Source of the DNA: Candidatus Elulimicrobium sp.
Lineage (GTDB): Bacteria > Patescibacteriota > Minisyncoccia > Phycocordibacterales > UBA918
DNA: 64,000 bases
Assembly (NCBI GenBank): GCA_022730015.1
Contig: DZBU01000001.1
Coordinates: 1,307-65,306 of the forward strand
Direction of reading: 5' to 3'
The translations under genes and the position numbers were made by a program. Below the pieces are notes generated by a model, which saw only the letters and a program-made list of their open reading frames with translations, did not search any database and was not told the DNA's origin. Positions 30,087 through 39,925 of this stretch are shown here, one piece after another. How positions within the stretch are numbered: position 1 is the first letter of the stretch; every line of letters starts with the position of its first letter.

Positions 30087-30773
30087 ATGAAGCCATCACA
30101 ATTTTCAAAAAAAACAACGTTAACTATCGTAGGTATTGCTTCGGTGATTGTGATGTTGGGGATCGTTCTCGTTACTGTAATGGTAAATGCTCGTCTAGAA
30201 TCTCTTGAGCAAAATATTAGACTTACCATTGCAGATCAGGAGTCAACTTTGGTTGCGATCGCAGAGATCACCGCACGCAACGGAGCGGATGTTGTCACGG
30301 AATCAGTCATAAAAGATTGTACGACAGCCGAACGAGGAGAATTTGATGATCTTCTTGGTCGACTCAATAGTGGTCTTTCACGAACTGAGCTTGTTACTCT
30401 TGAGCGTTTATTCGGTCGATGCGGATCATTCTACGCAGAGCGAAAAGCGATCATGGTTGCTCGTTTGTCGCGAGAGATCGAAGTGTATACGGCTTATGTG
30501 GCTCAGCTCAGTGCAATACGTAATGAGGATCTTCTGGTTAGTTTTAAAGTAGAACGCTGGGAGGCACTTGCTACCGAGGAGCGTAAACAAAGTCAGCTAT
30601 TTGCTGAACTGGTGGCACTACAAGACCAAATTATTTCCACATTGCTCTCAGGTAAAAGCACTGCTTCACCTGAAATGCAAGAGATACTACAACAAGCACG
30701 CGAGACACAGGAAACGTTACTGGTCGCAAATAAGCAAACAGGAACTATCCGTGCAGAACTGATTTCATTGTAA
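30087..30773 (+). CDS. Hypothetical single-TM alpha-helical protein
   Basis: N-terminal TM helix, helical/coiled-coil body and two Cys. Tightly packed in the operon. Confidence 0.8.
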   Translation: MKPSQFSKKTTLTIVGIASVIVMLGIVLVTVMVNARLESLEQNIRLTIADQESTLVAIAEITARNGADVVTESVIKDCTTAERGEFDDLLGRLNSGLSRTELVTLERLFGRCGSFYAERKAIMVARLSREIEVYTAYVAQLSAIRNEDLLVSFKVERWEALATEERKQSQLFAELVALQDQIISTLLSGKSTASPEMQEILQQARETQETLLVANKQTGTIRAELISL

Positions 30774-30778
30774 TCGCC

Positions 30779-31522
30779 ATGGACACGATCCGTCGTCATA
30801 TTCAATCGTATACAAAGGCTAGGACGGGGAGTGCCACTGTTCATTTTTTATACCCCACTTTTTTCATGACGGCGATCATCTTTGCCATCGCGGTCACGAC
30901 TGGAAATGATGTCTCATATGTTCGCCTCGAAACTTCGGCGGCTACCGTTGAAGCTGGTAGCCGCTTCACTGTTGATGTGTATGCGTACGCTCATGTTCCG
31001 GTAAATGCCGTTGACATAACTTTACGCTTTGACTCCGCCGCGGTTGAGGTGCTAGAGGTTGATCGTGGACAGTCAGTGTTAACTATTTGGACAGAAGATC
31101 CAGTGATCGAAAAAGATAGGGTTATTCTCCGTGGGGGCACTTTTAGACGAGGGTTTATTAAAGAACATAAGATTGCCTCTATCGATCTAAAAGCAAAACA
31201 AACTGGTCAAAGTGACTTTAAAGCAACGGATGTCATGCTACTCGCGGGTGATGGAGCTGGTACCCCTGTCTCAGTGGCTGAAGCTCTCGATTCAGCGGTT
31301 AGCTTGTATATCTATGATGAAAATACTAGTCCCGAGAGTATCGGGGTGGATGTAAACGTCAAGATCCTTACTGATCTTGATGGTGACGGGAAGGTTACGC
31401 TTAAAGATATCAGCGCCTTCATGTCCTCATGGCATACAAAAGATAAAATGTATGATTTTAATGGCGATGGACGAATGAGTTTTCGTGATTTTTCGATAAT
31501 TTTAGCTACTTTCTTTTTTTAG
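30779..31522 (+). CDS. Cohesin-like plus dockerin-like adaptor protein
   Basis: VNAVDITLRFD...SVLTIW...LLAGDGAGT (cohesin-like). DLDGDGKVTLKDIS and DFNGDGRMSFRDFS (paired Ca-binding loops). Confidence 0.78.
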   Translation: MDTIRRHIQSYTKARTGSATVHFLYPTFFMTAIIFAIAVTTGNDVSYVRLETSAATVEAGSRFTVDVYAYAHVPVNAVDITLRFDSAAVEVLEVDRGQSVLTIWTEDPVIEKDRVILRGGTFRRGFIKEHKIASIDLKAKQTGQSDFKATDVMLLAGDGAGTPVSVAEALDSAVSLYIYDENTSPESIGVDVNVKILTDLDGDGKVTLKDISAFMSSWHTKDKMYDFNGDGRMSFRDFSIILATFFF

Positions 31523-31635
31523 AGACTAACTCCTGTTGATAGTTTTACTCAAAAACCGTTTGGTCACCTGTTATTATTAGTTTGTGGTGTGCCTCGCCAC
31601 AACAACGTACAACGTAGAGCGTATTCATTCTTGTA

Positions 31636-33360
31636 ATGCGCTCGCAAAAACATTTTGGTACAAATCGGGGGAGCCACCATGCGTGGTTGTATTCTCTTGT
31701 GTTTAAAGGAAGATTCTCAGCGTTTGCTGTGGCTTTTTTGTTTTTGTCTTTTTTGATACAACCATTCCACCAAGCACTGGCCAACGAAGCGATTGAAGAA
31801 GTAGAAACTGAAGCTGTTTTGCCTGAAGAAGTTGCCGAGCAACTACCAAGTGTTGTTATTGAAGGAGAGACAGAGGAATTGACGACAGTTGATGAACTAA
31901 TAGAAGGGCAATCAGATTTAAATATTGAGGAGTCTGCGCCCGAGAGTATAGAGCAAGAGTTTTCTGTTGACCCTGTAATCAATGATGAATCTGCTGCTTC
32001 ACCAAACACGGGGACGAGCAATGATGGTGCGGAAATAATCGTGAATGAACAGCTTTCTGAACCATCTGTAATTTCTAAAGAAGAACAGCTTCCTGATGTT
32101 GTAACTACTGAAGCAAGTGAGTCAGCTGGTGGAGATTCCGGTTTAGATATCAGCGCAGAAGAGCAAGTGTCGAGCTCAAATATTGAAGATGACGATACCC
32201 CTTCAACATCCAATGAGCTAATCGACGAAAAAGCTATCGAAGCCGGAGTCAATGACCTGGTTGGTAGTGTGGTTAATGAAGTGGTTACGCTGACGAGGCA
32301 AATGGTAACTGAAGAGAATTTCTATCAGTTTAGTCGGCAGTCGTGTGTGGCAGTTGGTGACGGTACCTTTCACTGTACTTCTAAGGAGCGCGCTACGTTA
32401 GACCCAGATAGCGCTGTCTATGCCGATCGTGATGAGGCAGGAGATATGGAAATATACATGCGAACCTCAAAAGGCGATATTAAGCAGCTTTCTGATAATG
32501 ACTACGATGATACTGCTCCAGATATGGACCTCGCTTCTATGCGGGCAGTGTGGCAACGATTGGTTGACGGTCGTTATCAAATTATTTCGTATGATCTTGA
32601 GGAACGAAAAGAGACACAGCTTACATTTTCTCGTACCAACAGCATGGAGCCAAAAGTGGCAAAGGAGGGGGTGGTGTGGCAGGCGTGGGATGGTAATGAT
32701 TGGGAAATAATGTTTTTCGATGGTCAGGTCACTGATCAGATCACTGATAATGAAATACAAGATGTAACACCCGTTATCGAAGATGGCTACGTGCTATGGA
32801 GTGTCCTTGGAGGAGAAGCGTCAGAAGCTAGGGTCTACTCAATAGAAAGCGGAGAGCTCATGACCATTACTGGACATGAAGGTGGTGCTGTAGCAAACCC
32901 GCGCTTTGTGCTTGTGTACGATACTAAGTTCGATAATGGTGATGTGATCACGCAGGGTTTTGATCCAGTGACTGGTTTGGCGACACCGCTCTCATCAAAG
33001 CCCGCTGAGCTTCCGTTCAATATTCCAGAACCAGACCCAGTAGGTGAGATTAGAGCGTTGATACAAAATAAATCAACGCAAAAAGATAAAGAGGTGATAA
33101 CCGTACCGGTGACGACCGATGGAGGTGATTTAAATCTTGCCAGTACGAGCGTCACCACCACTGATACCCTCGTGCTTAGTGGTACAACTGATCTTGGTGA
33201 TGAGACGGCGATACTTTATACAGAGCCAGAACCAGATTTTGAACTGACTGAATATGACTTGGTGATCACTAAAGAGGCTAGTTCAACTAACTCTGTATTG
33301 AATCGACAATTTTATCTAGATATCGGAGCAGTTGAAAGTGCCTCAAGTACACAGCGCTAA
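31636..33360 (+). CDS. Exported protein with acidic low-complexity stalk and TolB-like beta-propeller repeats
   Basis: Signal/TM segment, E/S-rich region and repeats QL(S/T)DN..D..P....VW.......I. Confidence 0.75.
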   Translation: MRSQKHFGTNRGSHHAWLYSLVFKGRFSAFAVAFLFLSFLIQPFHQALANEAIEEVETEAVLPEEVAEQLPSVVIEGETEELTTVDELIEGQSDLNIEESAPESIEQEFSVDPVINDESAASPNTGTSNDGAEIIVNEQLSEPSVISKEEQLPDVVTTEASESAGGDSGLDISAEEQVSSSNIEDDDTPSTSNELIDEKAIEAGVNDLVGSVVNEVVTLTRQMVTEENFYQFSRQSCVAVGDGTFHCTSKERATLDPDSAVYADRDEAGDMEIYMRTSKGDIKQLSDNDYDDTAPDMDLASMRAVWQRLVDGRYQIISYDLEERKETQLTFSRTNSMEPKVAKEGVVWQAWDGNDWEIMFFDGQVTDQITDNEIQDVTPVIEDGYVLWSVLGGEASEARVYSIESGELMTITGHEGGAVANPRFVLVYDTKFDNGDVITQGFDPVTGLATPLSSKPAELPFNIPEPDPVGEIRALIQNKSTQKDKEVITVPVTTDGGDLNLASTSVTTTDTLVLSGTTDLGDETAILYTEPEPDFELTEYDLVITKEASSTNSVLNRQFYLDIGAVESASSTQR

Positions 33361-33371
33361 CATAGGTTTTT

Positions 33372-36300
33372 ATGGCGAGCTCACGTAAAATCAAGGAACC
33401 TATGACTTGGAGTAAGCGACAGCGAGATCGTTTGCTTTCGCCAGTGGCGGGGTTTATGATCGCGCTCCTTGCCACTCAGATGCTGCATGAGCTACTACCG
33501 ACACTTGTTCCACCGCTCGTACGCACTGTTGAAGCAGCGACTGCAACCATCGATCCAAATGGCGATATTGGTACTAATACCGGCACCCGTGTCACCTGTA
33601 CCGGCACGGTCTATTTTGAATGTCTTAATGATGCCGTACGTGATCCGTCAACTCCTAGCACAGCAGGTGATTATGTTGAGTATGCTGGCGGCAATCAGAC
33701 GAACTCGGACATGACATCGGTAACAAATGTTGCCACTGCTACGGCAATAGCCGTGAAGACGTACCATCAGGAAACGGGTACTAACATGACTCTGTCTGTT
33801 TCCTTGGTGAACGCAGCCGGTACGGTGATCGCTGGGCCGACAAGCGTCACTAATCGTGCTGTCACGCAGTGGGACACTATCACCTTCTCTGGTTTAACCT
33901 TAAATCAGGCAACGCTCGATGGTCTGTGGGTGCGCCAAACCTGTACACGCTCGGGTGGTAGCTCGGCCAACCGCTGTCGATCATTTGCCATGTACGCTGA
34001 TGTTACCTACGATCCGGTCATTAATGTAACCGTAAGCTCATTAGGAACTCAGCAAGATCTCGGTATCGCCACTTCTTCTGCTTATGTCGGAGGTAGCTTT
34101 GCCATTATTGAAAATACCTCTAGCCGCAGTATCACTTCGGTCACAGTCGCCGAACAGGGAACAGTTGATGCTCAAAATAGTTTGGACAACATAAAGCTCT
34201 ACTATGATTTAGACACTTCTAGTCCATATAACTGCTCGAGTGAATCATACGCCGGAACTGAGACGCAGTATGGAACTACTGACACTGATGGTTTTTCTAG
34301 TTCAAACGGCACCTCAGTGTTTACGGGCTCGGTGACCATCAGTACGACCCAGGCAATGTGTGTGTATGTCGTACTCGATGTTCTCAGCACGGCTACTGCA
34401 GGGGAGACCTTGGAAGTACAGATCACTGATCCGACTCTAGATGTGGTGGGAAGTGGTTCGCCGGTCATTAGTCCAGCGACAGCTGTGCTCCTTCCTGGGA
34501 CAACGACTCTGCGTAAGCCACTGCTGACGCAGGAGAACTATCACTGGCGAAATGATGACGGTAATGAAACCGCTGCTAGCTCAGCCACCGGAGGCAGTGA
34601 GAATACTTCGTACGCTACTTTTCCCAAAGCAGTCACTAAACGACTGCGCGTTGCGGTTTCCAATGAGGGAAATGCTGATTCAGCTGCCTCCCAATTTAGG
34701 CTTGAGTACGCGCAGAAAGTGACGACCTGTAGCGCGGCGACCGGCTGGACTGATGTCGGCGCGAGTACTGATGATTTTGATATGTCGCCAACTGGCAATA
34801 TTACTGACGGTGATAATTCAACAGATATCTCCAATGCCATTGGCGGTGTGACCAACCCTAACAGTAGTCTCTTGAGTTCAAACGGTGGTCTTCGTGATAC
34901 CAACTCGCAGACTGGTTCACTGACCTTGACGAGTACGCAGTTTGTCGAACTTGAGTATGCAATCATCGCAAGTAGTGGTCTTACCGACGGAACGACGTAC
35001 TGCTTCCGTGTGACCAATGCCGGTACGCCACTCCCGGCGTACACCAACTACCCAGAGGCCACCATTGCGGCAGATGTGCTGGTCGACTCGATCGGTTCGC
35101 AGACCACCACGGTCACCATTCCTACTACTGGTCAGTATGCTGGCGGAGCCTTCCGGGTCACCGACCTCACTGCGGGCGCTGGGACGATATCAAGTATTGC
35201 CATCACCGCCAGTGGGAGCATCGATATTCAAAATGATGTAGCAACTATCACGCTTCGTTACGACCTCGACACGAGTAATCCCTATACCTGTGACGATGTT
35301 TCGTATGCCAATACTGACGCGTCGTTTGGCAGTACGGTTGCAAATTTTAATGGTAGTAACAAAGCGACCTTCACCGGTTCAGTCAGTAATTCACCGACAC
35401 AAACGGTGTGTCTCTATGTCGAATACAACGTGGGCACGGGCGCCAGTAACGGTGAGTTGCTCGACCTTCGTATTGTTGATCCATCGAGTGAAGTGGTGAT
35501 CAGCGGTTCATCTGTGTCGCCTAATACTCCGGTCGATATCGGGGATGTGACAACTTTTGCGGCGCCGTATGTGGAGCAAGTTAACTATCACTGGCGTAAC
35601 AACGATGGTTCGGAAACAACCGCTAGCTCTGCCACGGGTGGGACACAGAACACTCCGCTCACTGAGGTGGCCAAGAATTCTACGTACCGACTGCGTTTTG
35701 CAGTGGCCAATACTGGTCTCACGACAGCACCAGAAACGCGCTATCAGCTCGAATGGGCGCAAAAGGTGAGCACGTGTAGCGCGGTGCCGGATATCGACTG
35801 GGAGCGTGCTGATACAATACTTGATGCCTGGCAAATGTCACCGACTGGTAACCTTACTGAAGGAAACGACACGACTGACATTGTAGAGAGTACGGGAGGG
35901 GTGGGGAACCCAGCTGCAACGTTTCTGGTTAATAATAACGGTGTCAACGATACGACAGACCTAACTGCCTCTTCGACATTGCCAGCTGACAATTACCTCG
36001 ACTTAGAATATTCGATCAGCGCCACCGATGATTCAGTGCAGGGGGCGACCTACTGTTTCCGAGTGAGTGCAGCTGGTAGTGCGTTAGTAAATTATACGAA
36101 TTATCCTGAGGTGAGTATCAAACTCGATACCGACTTCAAGGTACAACGAGGAGTATCGACGATTACTGGTGACACACTGACTATCACTGCTGGAGTTGAG
36201 TACGAGGCGCCACTTACCTCGAGTAGCTCGTTCATTCGTATCACCAACACGCAACTTACCGGTGCTGGGCCGAACACTGGCAACACCAACAGCAACGCCG

Positions 36301-38894
36301 ATGACGTGACGGTGTACATCACCAACCCGTCCAACATTTTGAGTAGCATTACTTTCGCACGCGGTATTGGTGCAGTGAGTAATACTCGCGTTTCTTGGGA
36401 GATCATCGAGTACACCGGTGTAGCTGGCGGTGAGAATGAGATCATTGTGCGGCAACAGGAGGCGATCTCGTACGGAGCAGCGAATACAGCAGTTAGTGGT
36501 ACAGTGACCAACACCATTGTGGATGATACCGATGTGGCCGTGTTCATCACTGGCCAGTTCAACGCTGATACAGGTCGTAACGCCTATGGTCAGGGATTTT
36601 CAATTGCCGCTTGGAACACTACCAATAATCAAGTAGACCTTACCCGTGGGCTTTCTGGTTCAGTTTCTAGTGTCAGCTATGCGCTCGTTGAGTTTACTGG
36701 AACCAACTGGAAGATCCAGCGAATTTCACATACGTACACAGCGGCTGGTGCAGTGGAGACCAGTGCCATGACTGCAGTGAATAGTCTCTCTCGTACCTTC
36801 ACACACACGCAAAAACTAACACCTTCGAACAACCACGCTGACATTGGTCACGAGGTCTGGCTCTCGGGTATTGGCCAGGTGTCATTCTTACTCGATGCGG
36901 CAGCGGCCACTCCAAGTGGACATACCTCAGTCGCATGGGTCATTGAGAATACCCAAACGCAAGGGTTGATCATGAAGGTGTCGCGTGCCAACAGCTCGCT
37001 TGCAGCGGGTGCCACAGCCCCCGAGACAAATAATCTCAATATCGGTGTCACTATTGCTGACCTTTCTACTGCTTCGCTATTTGTGAATAACCGCAGCGAT
37101 GGTGCGACCCGTTCCTTTCCAGAACCGATCCTGGGAGCACGATTGATTTCTACAACGCAGTACGAGCTCTGGCGAAGTGACACGAGTTCAAATCTTAACT
37201 ATCGTACCGAAGTGGTCGAGTGGCCAACCGCGGCACGAAAACTTGAACAAAACTATTTCCGCTTGTACGAGGATAACAATGCTCTCACTCCAACTGTTGC
37301 TTGGCCCGCGAGTGTGGGTACTCTCGGTGAAAATACGGAAATGACTGCCGATGACAACCCGCTGGCGCTTGGTGATACTGTGCGTATTAGAATGACCATT
37401 TCTGTCACAAGTTCAGTGATGCCATCTGCGCTGGATGCATTCCGTCTTGAGTATGCTGAACGAGTGACCACTTGTTCAGCAATTTCCACTTGGAGTGAAC
37501 TCGGCGAAGTTGGTAGTACAACCGCGTCATGGCGCGGAACCAATAACGCTCCGGTTGACGGTACGGCACTTTCGACTGAGCCTCCAACCGGTGGTGATCT
37601 TTTGATCTCGATCGCGACTGTGGCGGGTACGTACGAAGAAGAAAATAACTCTGCTCTCAACCCGTACATTGCATTCCCAGGAGATGAGGTCGAATACGAC
37701 TGGGTGGTGCAACATAACGGTGCCAAGGATAAAACTGCATACTGCTTCCGCATGGTGGAATCAACCGGAACTACGTTTGAAAACTATAATTTCTATCCAG
37801 TCATTAGAACGGTTGGCTATGAGCCGATCCTCAAAACGTGGCGTTGGTATGGAGATGAAAATAATCTCACACCAACCTCAGCCCTAGCGGCGGAAAACGT
37901 GGCGCCGATCGACATTCCAAACGAGGACATCATCAAGCTGCGGCTCACTCTGCGGGAAAGTTCTGGTGCAGCTGGAAATAACAATAAGTTTATCGTCCAG
38001 TACTCCGAATATGCAGATTTTTCAGTTGGAGTGCACACCCTCACCAGTACGAGCACCTGTCTTGAAAATTCATTGTGGTGTTACGCTGATGGAGCGGGAG
38101 TAGATAATCAGCTTATCAATGCTGCGGTTATTTCAGATGCCGCTACATGCACGGCTGGTGTTGGTGTTGGTTGTGGTACGCACAATGAAGGTACGAGTAC
38201 TGCCACTGCAACTTTTGATCAGGTGGCGTTTACTACCACGGAGTATGAATTTACTTTGCAACACGCGGGTGCACGTGCCAGTGCGGTGTACTACTTCCGA
38301 CTCTACGATAGTACTACGGCAGAGCTAGTCGGACTTGGAGCAACCTCTACGTACCCTTCACTTGTGACAGAGGGTGCACAACTTGTATCGACGCTAGCGG
38401 GTGTAGATGCAGGAACTGCTGTGGCGGGGATCATTGCTGATGCTACTACTACTCCAACTTCTATTGGTTTCGGCTCGTTGCCGTTTAATAATTCCTATGA
38501 AGCCGTGCAACGCATTACTGTGACTACCAACGCCACGGAGGGCTATCAGTTATTGATGTATGCAACACAGCAGTTGACAAATACATATGGCGATGTCGTT
38601 CCTCCTGTCACGAGTACCAATGCCGCGCCAGCTGGTTGGTCAAGTGGATGTGCGGCACCAGCGATCGGCTGTTTTGGCTATCACACCACAGATGCGACCT
38701 TAGAGGGCGGGTCCGGTCGATTTGCGCCGATTGATTCTTATGCTGCACTTGATACTGCGGCACAGGAGATAATGTACAGTTCGATTCCAGCTACTGACAC
38801 TCATGACATCGTGTATCGAGTACTTGTGACGGAACAACAACCAGCCGGAGATTATCAGACGAGTATTGTCTATATGTCCATCCCCGTTTTTTAA
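33372..38894 (+). CDS. Large 1840-aa exported surface protein/adhesin with four NYxWRNDDG...YCFR modules and type-B C-terminal domain
   Basis: Signal segment, internal repeats shared with the giant protein, ends DYQTSIVYMSIPVF. Confidence 0.88.
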   Translation: MASSRKIKEPMTWSKRQRDRLLSPVAGFMIALLATQMLHELLPTLVPPLVRTVEAATATIDPNGDIGTNTGTRVTCTGTVYFECLNDAVRDPSTPSTAGDYVEYAGGNQTNSDMTSVTNVATATAIAVKTYHQETGTNMTLSVSLVNAAGTVIAGPTSVTNRAVTQWDTITFSGLTLNQATLDGLWVRQTCTRSGGSSANRCRSFAMYADVTYDPVINVTVSSLGTQQDLGIATSSAYVGGSFAIIENTSSRSITSVTVAEQGTVDAQNSLDNIKLYYDLDTSSPYNCSSESYAGTETQYGTTDTDGFSSSNGTSVFTGSVTISTTQAMCVYVVLDVLSTATAGETLEVQITDPTLDVVGSGSPVISPATAVLLPGTTTLRKPLLTQENYHWRNDDGNETAASSATGGSENTSYATFPKAVTKRLRVAVSNEGNADSAASQFRLEYAQKVTTCSAATGWTDVGASTDDFDMSPTGNITDGDNSTDISNAIGGVTNPNSSLLSSNGGLRDTNSQTGSLTLTSTQFVELEYAIIASSGLTDGTTYCFRVTNAGTPLPAYTNYPEATIAADVLVDSIGSQTTTVTIPTTGQYAGGAFRVTDLTAGAGTISSIAITASGSIDIQNDVATITLRYDLDTSNPYTCDDVSYANTDASFGSTVANFNGSNKATFTGSVSNSPTQTVCLYVEYNVGTGASNGELLDLRIVDPSSEVVISGSSVSPNTPVDIGDVTTFAAPYVEQVNYHWRNNDGSETTASSATGGTQNTPLTEVAKNSTYRLRFAVANTGLTTAPETRYQLEWAQKVSTCSAVPDIDWERADTILDAWQMSPTGNLTEGNDTTDIVESTGGVGNPAATFLVNNNGVNDTTDLTASSTLPADNYLDLEYSISATDDSVQGATYCFRVSAAGSALVNYTNYPEVSIKLDTDFKVQRGVSTITGDTLTITAGVEYEAPLTSSSSFIRITNTQLTGAGPNTGNTNSNADDVTVYITNPSNILSSITFARGIGAVSNTRVSWEIIEYTGVAGGENEIIVRQQEAISYGAANTAVSGTVTNTIVDDTDVAVFITGQFNADTGRNAYGQGFSIAAWNTTNNQVDLTRGLSGSVSSVSYALVEFTGTNWKIQRISHTYTAAGAVETSAMTAVNSLSRTFTHTQKLTPSNNHADIGHEVWLSGIGQVSFLLDAAAATPSGHTSVAWVIENTQTQGLIMKVSRANSSLAAGATAPETNNLNIGVTIADLSTASLFVNNRSDGATRSFPEPILGARLISTTQYELWRSDTSSNLNYRTEVVEWPTAARKLEQNYFRLYEDNNALTPTVAWPASVGTLGENTEMTADDNPLALGDTVRIRMTISVTSSVMPSALDAFRLEYAERVTTCSAISTWSELGEVGSTTASWRGTNNAPVDGTALSTEPPTGGDLLISIATVAGTYEEENNSALNPYIAFPGDEVEYDWVVQHNGAKDKTAYCFRMVESTGTTFENYNFYPVIRTVGYEPILKTWRWYGDENNLTPTSALAAENVAPIDIPNEDIIKLRLTLRESSGAAGNNNKFIVQYSEYADFSVGVHTLTSTSTCLENSLWCYADGAGVDNQLINAAVISDAATCTAGVGVGCGTHNEGTSTATATFDQVAFTTTEYEFTLQHAGARASAVYYFRLYDSTTAELVGLGATSTYPSLVTEGAQLVSTLAGVDAGTAVAGIIADATTTPTSIGFGSLPFNNSYEAVQRITVTTNATEGYQLLMYATQQLTNTYGDVVPPVTSTNAAPAGWSSGCAAPAIGCFGYHTTDATLEGGSGRFAPIDSYAALDTAAQEIMYSSIPATDTHDIVYRVLVTEQQPAGDYQTSIVYMSIPVF

Positions 38895-38911
38895 ATGGTA
38901 TGATAAAAAAT

Positions 38912-39925
38912 ATGCCTAAGAGAGTCCTAATTTTAGTTGCCCTTCTGCCACTTTTTTTGTTTACGCCAGTTTCTGTTTTGGCTGGGTCAGAGATATCTAT
39001 CAGACCACTACTTATTGATGAGGTGCTTGCTCCACGTGGGGTGGTCGAGAATACTGTCACGATCAAAAGCATATATGATTATCGTAAGGCGGTGGTATTT
39101 GCGACAGTCAATGAAATTACCCTAGATACTGCCGGTGAAATAAAAGAATTCGTCTCACCAGTAATGACTGACCGCACCAATACAGTAACCAGCTGGATCG
39201 AGGTCACTCGGGGGCGAATTGAGATTCCCGCTGGTGAGACTGCTGAGATCCCGCTAACCATCCGCGTACACCCATACGCAGAACCAGGGGAGTACCATGT
39301 TTTTGTTGGCTTTGTGGAAGCAGCAAATAGACCCAGCGCCGAAGCTAGTGCACTCGCGGGGGAAGCTAAAGGTGTCATTGTCAAAGTGGTGGTCGCTGAT
39401 GAGCGTGTCGACAGCATGCGCATTTCAAGTTTTGTTGTTGATCGCTTTGTCATCGACGATGCTGATCGAACGATCGCTGTCGAAGTTGAAAACAATGGTG
39501 ATATTGCCTCGGTACCGACTGGAGAGATTATTTTTTACGATTCACGAGGGATTGAGCTCACTTCAGTTCCAGTAAACGAAGCGGCCACGAGCGTCGCTCC
39601 AAGTGAAAAGATTACCTTGCAGACTACCATTCCGCTTCAAAATAACCTTGGAAAATATAAAGCGAACGTGTTCTTAAAATATGGGAAAGACCAGCAATCC
39701 TCACTGTACGACACAGCCTATTTTTATTTAATGCCGATTCACTTACTTTTGCTTGTATTTGGTGGTACGCTGGTCATTGCTATATTGATCGCACTTTTAT
39801 TCCGTCGTGTTTTTTTTCATCACGAGGAAGACCCGGAGTTTCAGGAGGTACCAATGTATGTTCGTGATGGTAATGATTCACAACCCAAAGACCATGATAT
39901 CGATCTCAAAAACATTTCTCAGTAG
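38912..39925 (+). CDS. DUF916/WxLIP-like membrane-anchored protein
   Basis: ISIRPLLID, SWIEV...IPLTIRVHPYAEPGEY, VENNGDI..PTGEI and a TM helix. ATG 38912 lies 7 nt after TGGTATGAT. Confidence 0.68.
   Translation: MPKRVLILVALLPLFLFTPVSVLAGSEISIRPLLIDEVLAPRGVVENTVTIKSIYDYRKAVVFATVNEITLDTAGEIKEFVSPVMTDRTNTVTSWIEVTRGRIEIPAGETAEIPLTIRVHPYAEPGEYHVFVGFVEAANRPSAEASALAGEAKGVIVKVVVADERVDSMRISSFVVDRFVIDDADRTIAVEVENNGDIASVPTGEIIFYDSRGIELTSVPVNEAATSVAPSEKITLQTTIPLQNNLGKYKANVFLKYGKDQQSSLYDTAYFYLMPIHLLLLVFGGTLVIAILIALLFRRVFFHHEEDPEFQEVPMYVRDGNDSQPKDHDIDLKNISQ

Noticed and set aside
934-38894. Diversity-generating retroelement, intein/Hint or polymorphic toxin tip in the large proteins
   Set aside because: I saw no reverse transcriptase, no adenine-variant near-identical repeat pair, and no Hint or toxin motifs. 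The C-termini are conserved subunit-type domains.
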